Source: an uncultured Verrucomicrobiae bacterium (GTDB lineage Bacteria; Verrucomicrobiota; Verrucomicrobiia; Chthoniobacterales; UBA10450). From it: a stretch of DNA of 64,000 nucleotides. The notes under the pieces are model-generated. The model saw nothing but the letters and a program-made list of their open reading frames with translations. It searched no databases and was not told where the DNA came from. Positions 10,092 through 20,227 of the stretch are shown piece after piece. The number at the start of each line of letters is the position of its first letter. The stretch's first letter is position 1. The translations under genes and the position numbers were made by a program. The stretch spans positions 544,001 through 608,000 of the forward strand of contig CAVSDR010000003.1 of NCBI GenBank assembly GCA_963726745.1, in the 5' to 3' direction.

Positions 10092-11237
10092 TCAAATGCG
10101 CGGAGTCAGGCGCACGGGGAGCGCGCTGCGTTTGCGGTTGATCGCGGGTTCGAGATTGCCCTGCCGATAGATGCTCAGGAGCAGGCCGACGCCAAATAAA
10201 CAGGCCGCGAGATTCGAGCCGCCGTAACTCACGAAGGGAAGCGGCAGGCCTTTATTCGGCAGGAGCGCGGTGGTCACGCCGATGTTCACCGCGGCCTGGA
10301 GCGCGAGCAGCGACACCACGCCCGAGCCGAGGAGCAGCCCGAAGCGATCGCGCGCATGGAGCGCGATCGTCATCCCGCAGACGATGATGACCACGAAGAG
10401 AAAAACAACCAGCAAGCTCACCCGCAATCCGAGTTCCTCGCCGATCATCGGGAAGATGAAATCGGTGTGCGCGTAGGGCAGGTAAGCCATCTTTTGGCGG
10501 CCGTTGCCGAGGCCCAGCCCTTCGATCCCGCCGCTGCCCCAGGCGATCAACGCCTGCATCTGCTGCAGGCCGGCATCCTGCGCATACTTCTCGAGATCCA
10601 TAAACGCGAGCAGCCGGCTCATGCGCTCGGGCATGGTCATGGCCGCGACCAAAATTCCGCCAACCCCGGCGAGCGCGAGCCCGGCCAGCACGATCCCATT
10701 CGCCCCCGCGATGAACATCATCGCGAAGGCGGTCGCGCCGATGAGCGCGGTCGAGCCGAGGTCGACCTCGAAGACGATCAAGGCCAGCAAACCACCGACG
10801 ATCGCGAGCGGAATGGCGAAACCCTGGAGGAGCTTGCCGCTGGCCTTTTCATGTTTCGAATACCACCAGGCGAGAAAGAAAATAGCCGACACTTTCGCCA
10901 GCTCGGAGGGCTGAAAGGTCAAGCCGTGCAGCCCGATCCAGCGGCGCGAGCCGTTGATCCGCTGGCCGATTGGCGGGATGAAACAGAGCACGAGCATGAC
11001 CGCGGCAAGCCCAAACCAGATCCACCAGGTGCGCGCCCAGAAGTGGTAATCCATCAGGGCTGCGATCGTGCAGACGACCAGGCCCACGCCTAGCCAGACG
11101 GCCTGGCGTTTTACGAAATAATAGACATCGCCATGGCTATCGCGGGCAAAAGCACTGGTGCTGAAAAGCATCACCAGCCCGATGGCGAGGACGCCGAGCA
11201 CGGCCAGGAAGAGGAAATAAGCGCTTTTGCGATGCAT
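10092..11237 (-). CDS. ftsW: SEDS peptidoglycan polymerase FtsW
   Basis: NGSRRWI, FQPSELAK, HTDFIF, KGLPLPFVSYGGS; polytopic membrane protein. Confidence 0.96.
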   Translation of the reverse strand: MHRKSAYFLFLAVLGVLAIGLVMLFSTSAFARDSHGDVYYFVKRQAVWLGVGLVVCTIAALMDYHFWARTWWIWFGLAAVMLVLCFIPPIGQRINGSRRWIGLHGLTFQPSELAKVSAIFFLAWWYSKHEKASGKLLQGFAIPLAIVGGLLALIVFEVDLGSTALIGATAFAMMFIAGANGIVLAGLALAGVGGILVAAMTMPERMSRLLAFMDLEKYAQDAGLQQMQALIAWGSGGIEGLGLGNGRQKMAYLPYAHTDFIFPMIGEELGLRVSLLVVFLFVVIIVCGMTIALHARDRFGLLLGSGVVSLLALQAAVNIGVTTALLPNKGLPLPFVSYGGSNLAACLFGVGLLLSIYRQGNLEPAINRKRSALPVRLTPRI

Positions 11238-11250
11238 GCGAAACGGCTGG

Positions 11251-11775
11251 CTATTTCTTCGCTTTCGCCTTGGCGGGAATGATCAGTTTCTGGCCGATCT
11301 GGAGCTTCCGGGGATCGTCGATATGATTGACCGAAAGCAGCTCGGACTCGGAAACCTTGAGCTTCTTCGCGATCTTCACCGGGTTGTCGCCTTTCGCCAC
11401 CGTGTAGGTGTTTGCGCTCTCGTTGGCGACCGGGAGCGCGCGCGGGATCGCGCTCTCCTCTTCGCCCTTCGCCGCGGAGGCGGCGACCGCGCCGGCCGGG
11501 GTGCTGTCAGTTTTCGCAGCCGGCGTGCTCGCGGCGACGGCGGCCGGCGGGAAAGCGCCCTGCCGGCTCTTGATCGTGTTAAAGGCGATGATCCCCGCCA
11601 CGGCGACGACATGCAGGATGAGCACGATCAAAAGCGCGCGCGAAAGCTTCATGTTCGGCTCCGCCATTTCCTCGAAGTCGGCATCGTCATTTCCCGCGAA
11701 ACGACGAGCGGTGGAAGCGCGGAGTTTTTTCTTCGGACGACTGAAGACGGCGAGGGTGAATTTCGGGATTTTCAT
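11251..11775 (-). CDS. Membrane-anchored LysM-domain protein in dcw cluster
   Basis: Basic N-tail, one TM helix (ALLIVLILHVVAVAGIIAF), Ala-rich linker, LysM (YTVAKGDNPVKIAKK...LQIGQKLIIP); ATG overlaps murD stop. Confidence 0.88.
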   Translation of the reverse strand: MKIPKFTLAVFSRPKKKLRASTARRFAGNDDADFEEMAEPNMKLSRALLIVLILHVVAVAGIIAFNTIKSRQGAFPPAAVAASTPAAKTDSTPAGAVAASAAKGEEESAIPRALPVANESANTYTVAKGDNPVKIAKKLKVSESELLSVNHIDDPRKLQIGQKLIIPAKAKAKK

Positions 11776-13109
11776 GAGCGAGATTTTTTGAGCGCGTGGA
11801 CCAACGCGCGGAATTGATCGCCGCGGTCGGCGTAGCTTTTGAACATGTCGAACGAGGAAGTTCCGGGAGAGAAAAGGACGACCTCGCCGGGCTGCGCGAG
11901 CGCGTGTGCGCGCTCCACCGCATCGGCAATCGAGACCGCGATCGTGCATTGCGTGGTCTCCTCCCAATCGCGGCAGATGCGTTCCGCCATTTCGCCGATG
12001 AGCACGGTCGCGCGGACCTTCTCCTGCACCAGCGGACGCAGCGTCTCGTATTCGAAGCCTTTGTCTTTCCCGCCAGCGATCAAGATCACCGGCTTGGTCT
12101 GCGCGAGGAGCGCCTTCTCGACCGCGTCGAGGTTGGTCGCCTTGGAATCGTTGATGTAGGTGACGTCGTCGAGCTCGCGCACGAATTCGAGCCGATGCGG
12201 CCGCGGCTGATACTCACAGAGCGGCGGGACCATCTGGGCAAAGGTGAGCCCGCGCGCGAGGCCCACCGCCAGCGTGGCCATGAGGTTTTCGAGGTTGTGC
12301 GAGCCGCGCAGTTTCGTCTCCGCGAGGCGCAGGACGGTCTCGCCGCGATAAACGATCGCGCCCTCCGCGAGGCGGAAGTCGGCCTGGTCTTCGTAAGCGC
12401 TGAACGTGGTCACCTGCGCCTGGAGCGGCGGCATCTCCTCGGCCGCGTTCAGCACCGCGAAGTCGTCGGCGGTTTGGTAATCGAAAATGCGCAGCTTGGC
12501 CGCGCGGTATTCGCCTAACGAGCGGTAGCGATCGAGATGGTCCGGGGCGAAATTGAGCCAGACGGCGATCGACGGCCGGAAGGTGCTGATGGTCTCGAGC
12601 TGGAAGGAGCTGACCTCGACCGTGATCACGTCGAGGTCGCGCCCTTCGCGCGCCACTTCCGAGAGCGGCTTGCCAATGTTGCCGCAGGCGATCGTGCGCT
12701 GCCCGCAGGCATTGAGCATTTGCGCGAGCAACTCGGTCGTCGTGGTCTTGCCGTTGGTCCCGGTGATTGCGATCACCGGCACCTGGTTGAGCGAACGCCA
12801 GCCCAGCTCGAGCTCGCCGATCATCTCCACTCCGCGCGCGGAAAAATTCTGCGCCAGCGGCGTGGCCGGATCGATTCCCGGGCTGAGCACAATCACTTCG
12901 TAGTGCGCCGAGTCTTTCTCCGCGGCTGCCCCGCAGACAACTTCGATCCCGCGCGCACGCAGGCCTTCGATCGTGGTCTTGAGAATCGTCTGCTCCTCCG
13001 CGCTATCGAGCACGGTCACAGCCGCGCCCTCATCCTTCAGCAAGTGCGCCGCAGCAGTGCCGCTGAGGCCCGCGCCGAGGACGGCAACTTTTCGGTCGGT
13101 GTAACGCAT
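11772..13109 (-). CDS. murD: UDP-MurNAc-L-Ala--D-glutamate ligase
   Basis: GAGLSG, TGTNGKTTT, EVSSFQL, DHLDRY, NDSKATN, SSFDMF. Confidence 0.97.
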   Translation of the reverse strand: MRYTDRKVAVLGAGLSGTAAAHLLKDEGAAVTVLDSAEEQTILKTTIEGLRARGIEVVCGAAAEKDSAHYEVIVLSPGIDPATPLAQNFSARGVEMIGELELGWRSLNQVPVIAITGTNGKTTTTELLAQMLNACGQRTIACGNIGKPLSEVAREGRDLDVITVEVSSFQLETISTFRPSIAVWLNFAPDHLDRYRSLGEYRAAKLRIFDYQTADDFAVLNAAEEMPPLQAQVTTFSAYEDQADFRLAEGAIVYRGETVLRLAETKLRGSHNLENLMATLAVGLARGLTFAQMVPPLCEYQPRPHRLEFVRELDDVTYINDSKATNLDAVEKALLAQTKPVILIAGGKDKGFEYETLRPLVQEKVRATVLIGEMAERICRDWEETTQCTIAVSIADAVERAHALAQPGEVVLFSPGTSSFDMFKSYADRGDQFRALVHALKKSRS

Positions 13110-14209
13110 TATCGCAGTTTCAAGGTGGCCAGCCCAAGGAGGGCGAAGACGGCGGAGAGAATCCAGAACCGCACGATGACGGTGTTTTCCTTCCAGCCGC
13201 TGAGTTCGAAATGGTGATGGATCGGCGACATTAAGAAGATGCGCTTGCCGGTGGTCTTGAAGCTCAGGACCTGGAGGATCACGGAGACGGCCTCGATCAC
13301 GAAGACGCCGCCGACCACGGTCAGCAGCAGCTCCTGTTTACAACAGATCGCGACCACGCCGATGAGCCCGCCGATCGCGAGCGAGCCGGTGTCGCCCATG
13401 AAAACTTTAGCCGGGTGACAATTGAACCAAAGAAAGCCAAGACCCGCGCCGACGAGCGCCGCGCAGACGATCGTGAGTTCGCCGGTGAAGGGATAAAACG
13501 GGACCTGCAAATACTCGGCGATCTTGAAATTGCCGCCGGCATAACTCAGCAGCGCGTAGGCAAACGCGACCGTGATCGTGCAGCCGATCGCAAGGCCGTC
13601 GAGCCCGTCCGTGAGGTTGACCGCGTTCGACGAGCCGGCGATCACGATCGCGAAAAAGAGGAAGGTGAAGAGGCCCATGTTCGCCAGCACCGGCGCCTTG
13701 AAAAACGGCAGGTAGAGCGAACGTGCCTGCACCTCGATCAAAGGATTCGTTAGGAAAACCAGCGTGACCACGCCCGCGACCGCGAGTTGCACGAGTAGCT
13801 TCACGCGACCGCTGATCCCGTCGGATTTTTTCTTTGTGACCTTGAGGTAGTCGTCGGCAAAACCGAGCACGCCGAGCGTGGTCATGGCAAAGAGCGCGAG
13901 CCAGACGAAGCGATTATCCGGGCGCGCCCAAAGGACGCTGGAAACGAAAACCGCACCGATGATGAGGACGCCGCCCATCGTCGGCACGCCCTTCTTCCCG
14001 CCGTGCAATTCCGCCAGGCGATGCACTTCCGCGGCGGTGCGGATCGGTTGGCCGACCTTTAGCGAGATGAGCTTGCGGATGATGAGATTGCCGAAGACGA
14101 GTGTGAGCGTGAAAGCGGTGATCGCCGCCGCCACCGAGCGAAAAGTGACGTAGCTGAAGACGTTGAAACCGCCGATGCGCTCGCTCAGGAGATGGAGGTA
14201 AAACATCAT
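13109..14209 (-). CDS. mraY: Phospho-MurNAc-pentapeptide transferase
   Basis: PTMGG, ADDYLK, NLTDGLDGLA, FMGDTGS, PIHHHFE. Confidence 0.97.
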   Translation of the reverse strand: MMFYLHLLSERIGGFNVFSYVTFRSVAAAITAFTLTLVFGNLIIRKLISLKVGQPIRTAAEVHRLAELHGGKKGVPTMGGVLIIGAVFVSSVLWARPDNRFVWLALFAMTTLGVLGFADDYLKVTKKKSDGISGRVKLLVQLAVAGVVTLVFLTNPLIEVQARSLYLPFFKAPVLANMGLFTFLFFAIVIAGSSNAVNLTDGLDGLAIGCTITVAFAYALLSYAGGNFKIAEYLQVPFYPFTGELTIVCAALVGAGLGFLWFNCHPAKVFMGDTGSLAIGGLIGVVAICCKQELLLTVVGGVFVIEAVSVILQVLSFKTTGKRIFLMSPIHHHFELSGWKENTVIVRFWILSAVFALLGLATLKLR

Positions 14210-15597
14210 CGCGCGTGAGTCCTTTCGGCAGCGGTGCTGAAGAGCTCGAGCACGCGTTCCATGCGCGCGGTGCGACTGCCTTTGAGCAAGACGAGATCGC
14301 CCGCGCGCGTCTCCTCGGCGAGCAACTCGGCGGCGGCGGCCGCGTCCAAGACGCTGTCTGTTTTCGCGAGACCGGCAGCGCGCGCCGCGCGGGCGATCGC
14401 TTCCGCCTGCGGGCCGACGACAATCAACCGATCGATCCCAAAAGCGGCCGCGGCTTCGCCCACTTCCGCGTGGCCGCGCTCCGATTCCGTCCCGAGTTCG
14501 CCCATGTAACCGAGGACGGCGAAGCGCGTCCCCTCGGTCCGGAGCTCGATCAAGGTGCGTAAGGCAGCCTTCATCGACTCGGGATTTGCGTTGTAGCTGT
14601 CGTCGAGAAAGCGCACGCCGCGCACCTCGCGCAATTGCAGGCGCGCTTTCGTGAGCGGGGTGGAGGCGAGCCCGGCGGCGGCTTCTTCCAGCGAGATGCC
14701 AAAAGCGCGCGCGGCCGCGATCGCGAGCATGGCGTTTTGCACCATGTGCAGGCCGGGCACAGGCAATTGCACCCGGCAGCGATGCGCCCCCTCGAGCACG
14801 GTGAACTCGCTCCCGGCGGAGGTCTGGCGAATGTCCTCCGCGCGCAGGCTCCCACGCTCGATCCCGGCGCGGATGACCTTCGCGCGCGTCCGCTGCGCGA
14901 TCACTTCGCTGAAGGCGTCGTCCGCATTCAAGATGACGAAGCCCCCGGCGCCGACCGCTTCCGCGAGCACGCCTTTTTCCTGCGCGATCGCTTCGCGCGA
15001 GCCCATGAACTCGATGTGCGCGGTGCCGATGTTGGTGATGATGGCGGCGTCGGGCCGGGCAATCTTCGCGAGCGGGGCGATCTCGCCGGGGTGATTCATC
15101 CCAATCTCCCAGACGGCGATTTCATCCTGCGCGCCGGCCTCGAGGATGGTGCGCGGCAGGCCGACGTGGTTGTTGAAATTGCCTTCCGTCTTGGTCACGC
15201 GAAAGCGGCGCGCGAGCGCAGCGGCGAGGAAATCCTTCGTGCTTGTCTTCCCGTTGCTCCCGGTAATGCCGATGACTTTCAGGCCTAACGAGCGGCGATA
15301 TTCCGCCGCGATCTGCTGGTAAGCGGCCAGCGTGTCGGGCACGAGGACGACCGCCAAATTAGCCGGCAACTTCACGTCGCATTTTTCGTCGACCAAAGCC
15401 GCGCTCGCGCCGCGTTCCGCGGCCTGCGCGAGGAACTGGTGGCCATCGAAGTTCTCCCCGCGCAGCGGCACGAAAAGGTCGCCGGGCTGGAGCGTGCGCG
15501 AGTCCGTGCTCAGGCGCGTGATCTCGCTGGCAGAAGCGCCGGCAACGATTTTGCCGCCGGCCCACTCCGCGATTTGGGAAAGAGAAAGCCGCTCCAT
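14206..15597 (-). CDS. murF: UDP-MurNAc-tripeptide--D-Ala-D-Ala ligase
   Basis: TDSR, TGSNGKTSTK, GNFNNHVG, DDSYNANP, KGSR. Confidence 0.96.
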   Translation of the reverse strand: MERLSLSQIAEWAGGKIVAGASASEITRLSTDSRTLQPGDLFVPLRGENFDGHQFLAQAAERGASAALVDEKCDVKLPANLAVVLVPDTLAAYQQIAAEYRRSLGLKVIGITGSNGKTSTKDFLAAALARRFRVTKTEGNFNNHVGLPRTILEAGAQDEIAVWEIGMNHPGEIAPLAKIARPDAAIITNIGTAHIEFMGSREAIAQEKGVLAEAVGAGGFVILNADDAFSEVIAQRTRAKVIRAGIERGSLRAEDIRQTSAGSEFTVLEGAHRCRVQLPVPGLHMVQNAMLAIAAARAFGISLEEAAAGLASTPLTKARLQLREVRGVRFLDDSYNANPESMKAALRTLIELRTEGTRFAVLGYMGELGTESERGHAEVGEAAAAFGIDRLIVVGPQAEAIARAARAAGLAKTDSVLDAAAAAELLAEETRAGDLVLLKGSRTARMERVLELFSTAAERTHAR

Positions 15598-17079
15598 CTA
15601 TTCGAACTCCAGGGGCTTTCCTTCGAGCGCGCGGCGGGCCACCTGGAGGTCATCGAAGGGGATCGTGTGGTCGGCAAATTCCTGGTAGGTCTCGTGGCCT
15701 TTGCCGGCGATGAGGACAATGTCGCGCGGCTGCGCGAGCATGATCGCGCGCGTGATCGCGGCGGTGCGGTCGGTGATTTTTTCGTAGCGCTCGGAGCGAA
15801 AACCTTTTTCCACCTGCGCGATGATCGCCTCGGGATCTTCCTTGCGCGGGTTGTCGGAAGTGATGATCCCGAAGTCGGCGTTTTGGTCGACCGCGGCCGC
15901 CATCAACGGGCGCTTCGCGCGGTCGCGATCGCCCCCGCAGCCGAAGACGACGATGATTTTCCGCGGCGAAAGTTCGCGCAGCGTCTTGAGGACATTGAGC
16001 AACGCGTCCGGCGTGTGCGCGTAATCCACGAAGACCTGGAATTGCCGCTTCGCCGGGACGGCCTCGAGCCGGCCGGGCACCTGCGGAGATTTCGCCAGGC
16101 TGGAGATCGCGTCCCGCAGGCTTACGCCCATGCTGCTGGCGGCGGCGAGTGCAGCCAGCGAGTTGGCGACATTGAAACGGCCGATGAGCGGCACGCGCAC
16201 GAGGTAGCTCTTTCCCTGCGCCTCGAGTTGATAGGAGGTGCCGGAAAATTCCGGGCGATAATTCGAGGCGCGGAAGTCGGCCCGCACGCCCAGGCCGTAG
16301 GTGATGACCCGGACGTCTTTCGGCAAACGGTCGAGCAACTTCTCGCCGTAGCGGTCGTCGAGGTTCACGATCGCGGTGGGCTTCTTCTTAAATTCCTGAC
16401 CCGCAAGACCGGTGAAGAGCTTGAGCTTGGCCTCGAAGTAATTCTCCATCGTGCCGTGAAAATCGAGATGGTCCTGCGTGAGATTAGTGAAGACGGCCAC
16501 GTCCCACTCGAGCCCGCGGGTGCGCTCCTGCGCGAGCGCGTGCGAGGAGACTTCCATGGCCGCGGCCTTGCAGCCGGCGTTGGCGATTTGCGCGAGGAGC
16601 TCCTGCAGCTCGAGCGACTCCGGCGTGGTCCGGATAGCCGGCAGGATGCGCTCGCCGATCTCGTAGCGCACGGTCCCGATCAAGCCGCAGCGCAGGCCAG
16701 CTTTTTCGCAGATGTGCTTGATCAAAAACGTCGTCGTCGTCTTGCCGTTGGTGCCGGTGACCGCGGCCATTTTTAGCCGGCGCATTGGGCGGTCGTAAAA
16801 GGCGGCCGCGAGATCGGCCAGGGCGGTGCGAGTGTTCTCCACGTTCACCTGCGTGACCCGCGCCTGCTGCATCGGGTGATCGACCACGATGACGGAAGCG
16901 CCGCGCTCGACCGCCTGGTCGACGAAGGCGTGGCCGTCGCTCTTCTCGCCGCGGAGCGCAACGAAGATGCTGTTCTTGCCGACGCGCCGCGAGTCGTACG
17001 CGAGGCTCTCGACCTGGCGATCGGCCGGGCCGACCACCGAACGAGTGGTGAGGCCGGCGAGAAGATTTTTAAGCAGCAT
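15598..17079 (-). CDS. murE: UDP-MurNAc-dipeptide--meso-DAP ligase
   Basis: YDSR, TGTNGKTTT, TTPES, EVSSH, DYAHTPD, DNPR (meso-DAP type), AGKGHE; start placed at MLLKNLL. Confidence 0.96.
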   Translation of the reverse strand: MLLKNLLAGLTTRSVVGPADRQVESLAYDSRRVGKNSIFVALRGEKSDGHAFVDQAVERGASVIVVDHPMQQARVTQVNVENTRTALADLAAAFYDRPMRRLKMAAVTGTNGKTTTTFLIKHICEKAGLRCGLIGTVRYEIGERILPAIRTTPESLELQELLAQIANAGCKAAAMEVSSHALAQERTRGLEWDVAVFTNLTQDHLDFHGTMENYFEAKLKLFTGLAGQEFKKKPTAIVNLDDRYGEKLLDRLPKDVRVITYGLGVRADFRASNYRPEFSGTSYQLEAQGKSYLVRVPLIGRFNVANSLAALAAASSMGVSLRDAISSLAKSPQVPGRLEAVPAKRQFQVFVDYAHTPDALLNVLKTLRELSPRKIIVVFGCGGDRDRAKRPLMAAAVDQNADFGIITSDNPRKEDPEAIIAQVEKGFRSERYEKITDRTAAITRAIMLAQPRDIVLIAGKGHETYQEFADHTIPFDDLQVARRALEGKPLEFE

Positions 17080-17099
17080 GATGCGGGCGGCAGGAATTC

Positions 17100-18857
17100 C
17101 TAACGACGGGCCGGCAGGGGCAAGGAGACGCGTTCCATCGGCAGCGCACGTTTGATCTCTTCCTGCTGCGGCTCGAGATCGAGGTAGCGCGCGGCCTGCT
17201 CGGCAATGCGCGCGAAAATGGGCGCGGCCACGGTGCCGCCGTAATTCTGTTCCGGGGTCTTCGTCTTGGCGTCGTCCAGGGTGACCAGGGCGACAAAGGC
17301 CGGGTTTTCCGCAGGCATGTAGCCGGAAAAAGAGACGACATATTTGCCGTGCTCGTAGCCGCCGTTCTTGAGGTCGACTTTTTGCGCCGTGCCGGTCTTC
17401 CCCGCGATCGTAAACCCAGGCACCGCCGCGCCGGCCGCGGTCCCACGATCGCTGACCACGCCGCGGAGGGCGTCGCCGATTTGCCGCGCGGTTTGCGGGC
17501 TGATGACCTGGCGGAGGACGGTGGGCTCGGACCGGCTGACGACCTCGCCATCGGCGCGGGTGATCGAGCGGATGATGCGCGGCGTGATCAGTTTGCCGCC
17601 GTTCGCGATCGTCGCCATCGCGGTGCACATCTGCAAAGGCGAGACATCGACCTCGTGGCCCATCGGGATGCGGGTGATCGAAATCTTGCTCCAGGACTGC
17701 GGCGGATGGACCGTGCCGGAAGTCTCCGAGGGCAGCTCCACACCGGTCGGTTCGCCAAAGCCGAAGCGACGAATGTACTCGTAGAATTTCTGATCGCCGA
17801 CGGACATGGCCAGCTTGGCCGCGCCGATGTTGCTCGATTTGATCAAGATGTCCTGGACGGTGATCTCGCCGTAGCCGTGGTGATCGTGGAGCGGGCGGCC
17901 GCCGTAATTCCAGACGCCGTTTTCGCAGAAGATGGTCGTATCCGGCCGGACTTTCCCTTCGTTCAAGGCGGCCGCGGCAGTCACGATCTTGAAGGTCGAG
18001 CCCGGCTCCATCCTGTCGCTGATGGCGCGGTTTTTCATCTCTTCGGGTTTGGCCTCGGAGCGCTTGTTCAGGTCGTAATGCGGGCGATTGGCCATGGCCA
18101 GGATCTCGCCCGTGTCGGGTCGCATGAGGATGATCGTGGCCTTCTCGGGATGATATTCGCGCATGGCCGCGTCGAGCTCGTTCTCGACGATGTTCTGCAG
18201 GTGAAGATCAATCGTTAGGCTGACGCGGAAGCCGTCGCGCGGGGCGCGTTCTTGCCCGCGATAAAGCACAATCTCACGGCCGGCGCGGTCGTGTTCGATG
18301 TAGCGATAGCCATCCTGCCCGTGGAGGTAATCTTCCATCGAGGCTTCCACGCCCTCGATGCCCTTGTGGTTGAAATCGGTAAAGCCGATGACGTGGCAAA
18401 GCATCGAGCCGTTCGGGTAGACCCGGGCGGTGTCGCGCTCGAAGTATATGCCGCGCAGCTTCTCCGCGCGCAGGGCGCGCGTGATTGCCTCCGGCACCTG
18501 GCGCTTGAGCACGACATAACGCCGATCGCCGCTGAGCTTGCTGGCTAATTCCGCCGCGGGCAGGTCGAGCGCCTGCGCCAGCACCGGGACGACCTGATCG
18601 AGCTTCGTAATGTGGGTGCAATCGGCCACCACCGTTTCGACCGGGATGTTGTGCGCCAGGACCTCGCCATTCGTGTCCACGATCGCGCCCCGCTCGGCGA
18701 AGATCCCCTGCCTGTGGACGTGCTTGTCGGCCGCTTCCGCCGCGCGCGCATCGTGCTGGCTAAGCTGCAAGTAAACCAACCGGAACGAGAAGGCGCTGAA
18801 CATTACCGTGAAGGCAATGCACACAGCGGCGCAACGGGTCCGGCTGTTCCACTTCAT
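17100..18857 (-). CDS. ftsI: Class B penicillin-binding protein (PBP3/FtsI)
   Basis: TM anchor, RGAIVD, EPGSTFK (SxxK), SSN, KTGT; dcw position. Confidence 0.93.
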   Translation of the reverse strand: MKWNSRTRCAAVCIAFTVMFSAFSFRLVYLQLSQHDARAAEAADKHVHRQGIFAERGAIVDTNGEVLAHNIPVETVVADCTHITKLDQVVPVLAQALDLPAAELASKLSGDRRYVVLKRQVPEAITRALRAEKLRGIYFERDTARVYPNGSMLCHVIGFTDFNHKGIEGVEASMEDYLHGQDGYRYIEHDRAGREIVLYRGQERAPRDGFRVSLTIDLHLQNIVENELDAAMREYHPEKATIILMRPDTGEILAMANRPHYDLNKRSEAKPEEMKNRAISDRMEPGSTFKIVTAAAALNEGKVRPDTTIFCENGVWNYGGRPLHDHHGYGEITVQDILIKSSNIGAAKLAMSVGDQKFYEYIRRFGFGEPTGVELPSETSGTVHPPQSWSKISITRIPMGHEVDVSPLQMCTAMATIANGGKLITPRIIRSITRADGEVVSRSEPTVLRQVISPQTARQIGDALRGVVSDRGTAAGAAVPGFTIAGKTGTAQKVDLKNGGYEHGKYVVSFSGYMPAENPAFVALVTLDDAKTKTPEQNYGGTVAAPIFARIAEQAARYLDLEPQQEEIKRALPMERVSLPLPARR

Positions 18858-19213
18858 CTGCGGTTCGAGACAGGAATGAGGTCATCGCCCGACGCGGAAG
18901 GCAGCGGCACACTCAAGCGCACGATGCTTTCGTCCGGAATCGCGACCATCTTGAGATAGCCTTCCTTGAGCCGGCGCTGGAGCGCAGAGCGCGAGGTGAG
19001 CGCGGCGATCTGGACATTCGCGACTTCGTTTTCACTTCGGATCCGGGCGAGCTCGTTCTCGAGCGCCTTCTTGTTATCGCCCAAGTGATAGAGCTGGACG
19101 TTGAGGTAGACGTAGACCAATCCGGTGAGGCCGATGAAGGCCGCGAGAATGATCCAGCGCGCCAGCGAAGGCGCGTTCAGGGTATTGAATTGCGGACGGC
19201 GGGTGCGTTGCAT
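18854..19213 (-). CDS. ftsL: Cell division protein FtsL-like
   Basis: Short protein with one TM helix and a coiled coil, between rsmH and ftsI. Confidence 0.75.
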   Translation of the reverse strand: MQRTRRPQFNTLNAPSLARWIILAAFIGLTGLVYVYLNVQLYHLGDNKKALENELARIRSENEVANVQIAALTSRSALQRRLKEGYLKMVAIPDESIVRLSVPLPSASGDDLIPVSNRR

Positions 19214-19215
19214 GG

Positions 19216-20214
19216 TTAGACTTTCTCGGCCACGCGCAGCTTCGCGCTGCGGGACCGTGGGTTGGTGCGCTGCTCCTCGAGGCCGGGTTCAACCGGCTTC
19301 GAGGTGACGGGACGAAAGGCGTAGTCGGGATTGCGCCGCGGCTCGGGCCATTCCGGGCGGTCAAGCCACTCGCGGCTGCGATCGCGGAAGAAATTTTTCA
19401 CGATCCGGTCCTCGAGTGAGTGGAAGGTGATGACGGCAAAACGCGCGCCGCTTTCCAGCCGCTCGCCGATCACGCGCAGCCCCTCGGCGAGCGCGCCAAG
19501 TTCGTCGTTCACTTCCATGCGAAGCGCCTGGAAAACCTGCGTCGCCGGATGCCGGCGGCCGTGGCGCCAGACGATTTTCTCGATCGCTTTCGCCAGCTGC
19601 AGGGTGTCGCGGAAGGTCTCGGCCTTGCGGTGCTTGACCAACTGGCTGGCTATTCTGCGCGCGGCCGGCTCTTCGCCGAGATCGCGGAAGAGCTGGGTCA
19701 ACTCCTCTTCGCTATAGTTATTGACGATGTCGGCCGCGGTCAGCTCGCGCCGCGGGTCCATCCGCATATCGAGCGGGCCGTTCCGCATCACGCTGAAGCC
19801 GCGCTCGGCGTTCTCGAGCTGGCGCGAGGAAACGCCCAGGTCGAGGAGCGCGCCGCCCAGCCGCGCAATCCGGAGCTCGTCGAGCACACGCGGGGCTTCA
19901 CGGAAATTCACCTGGCGCAAGGTCACGCGGCCGCCGAAGGGCGCGAGACGCTCGCTGGCAAAGCGGATGGCGTCCGGGTCCTGGTCGAGCCCGAGAACGT
20001 CGGCCCCGCTTTGCAGGATGAGCTCGCTGTGGCCACCTCCGCCGCAGGTGCCGTCGAGCACCAGGGCCCCGGGACGCGGCGCGAGCAGCTCGAGCGTTTC
20101 CGCCGAGAGCACGGGGCGATGGTAGGTGAAGTCTTCCATTTCCTGTGCCTCCTCCTCAATGATCAAGGGCCCGGTGGCGAACCGAACCGGGCGTTCCAAC
20201 AAAAGTGCGTTCAT
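19216..20214 (-). CDS. rsmH: 16S rRNA m4C1402 methyltransferase
   Basis: HRPVL, DGTCGGGGHS, DLGVSS, LDMRMD, FQALR, FHSLEDR, NPRSRSAKLR; start uncertain (20214 or 20139). Confidence 0.96.
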   Translation of the reverse strand: MNALLLERPVRFATGPLIIEEEAQEMEDFTYHRPVLSAETLELLAPRPGALVLDGTCGGGGHSELILQSGADVLGLDQDPDAIRFASERLAPFGGRVTLRQVNFREAPRVLDELRIARLGGALLDLGVSSRQLENAERGFSVMRNGPLDMRMDPRRELTAADIVNNYSEEELTQLFRDLGEEPAARRIASQLVKHRKAETFRDTLQLAKAIEKIVWRHGRRHPATQVFQALRMEVNDELGALAEGLRVIGERLESGARFAVITFHSLEDRIVKNFFRDRSREWLDRPEWPEPRRNPDYAFRPVTSKPVEPGLEEQRTNPRSRSAKLRVAEKV

Positions 20215-20227
20215 CCGTTTTCCCTCG

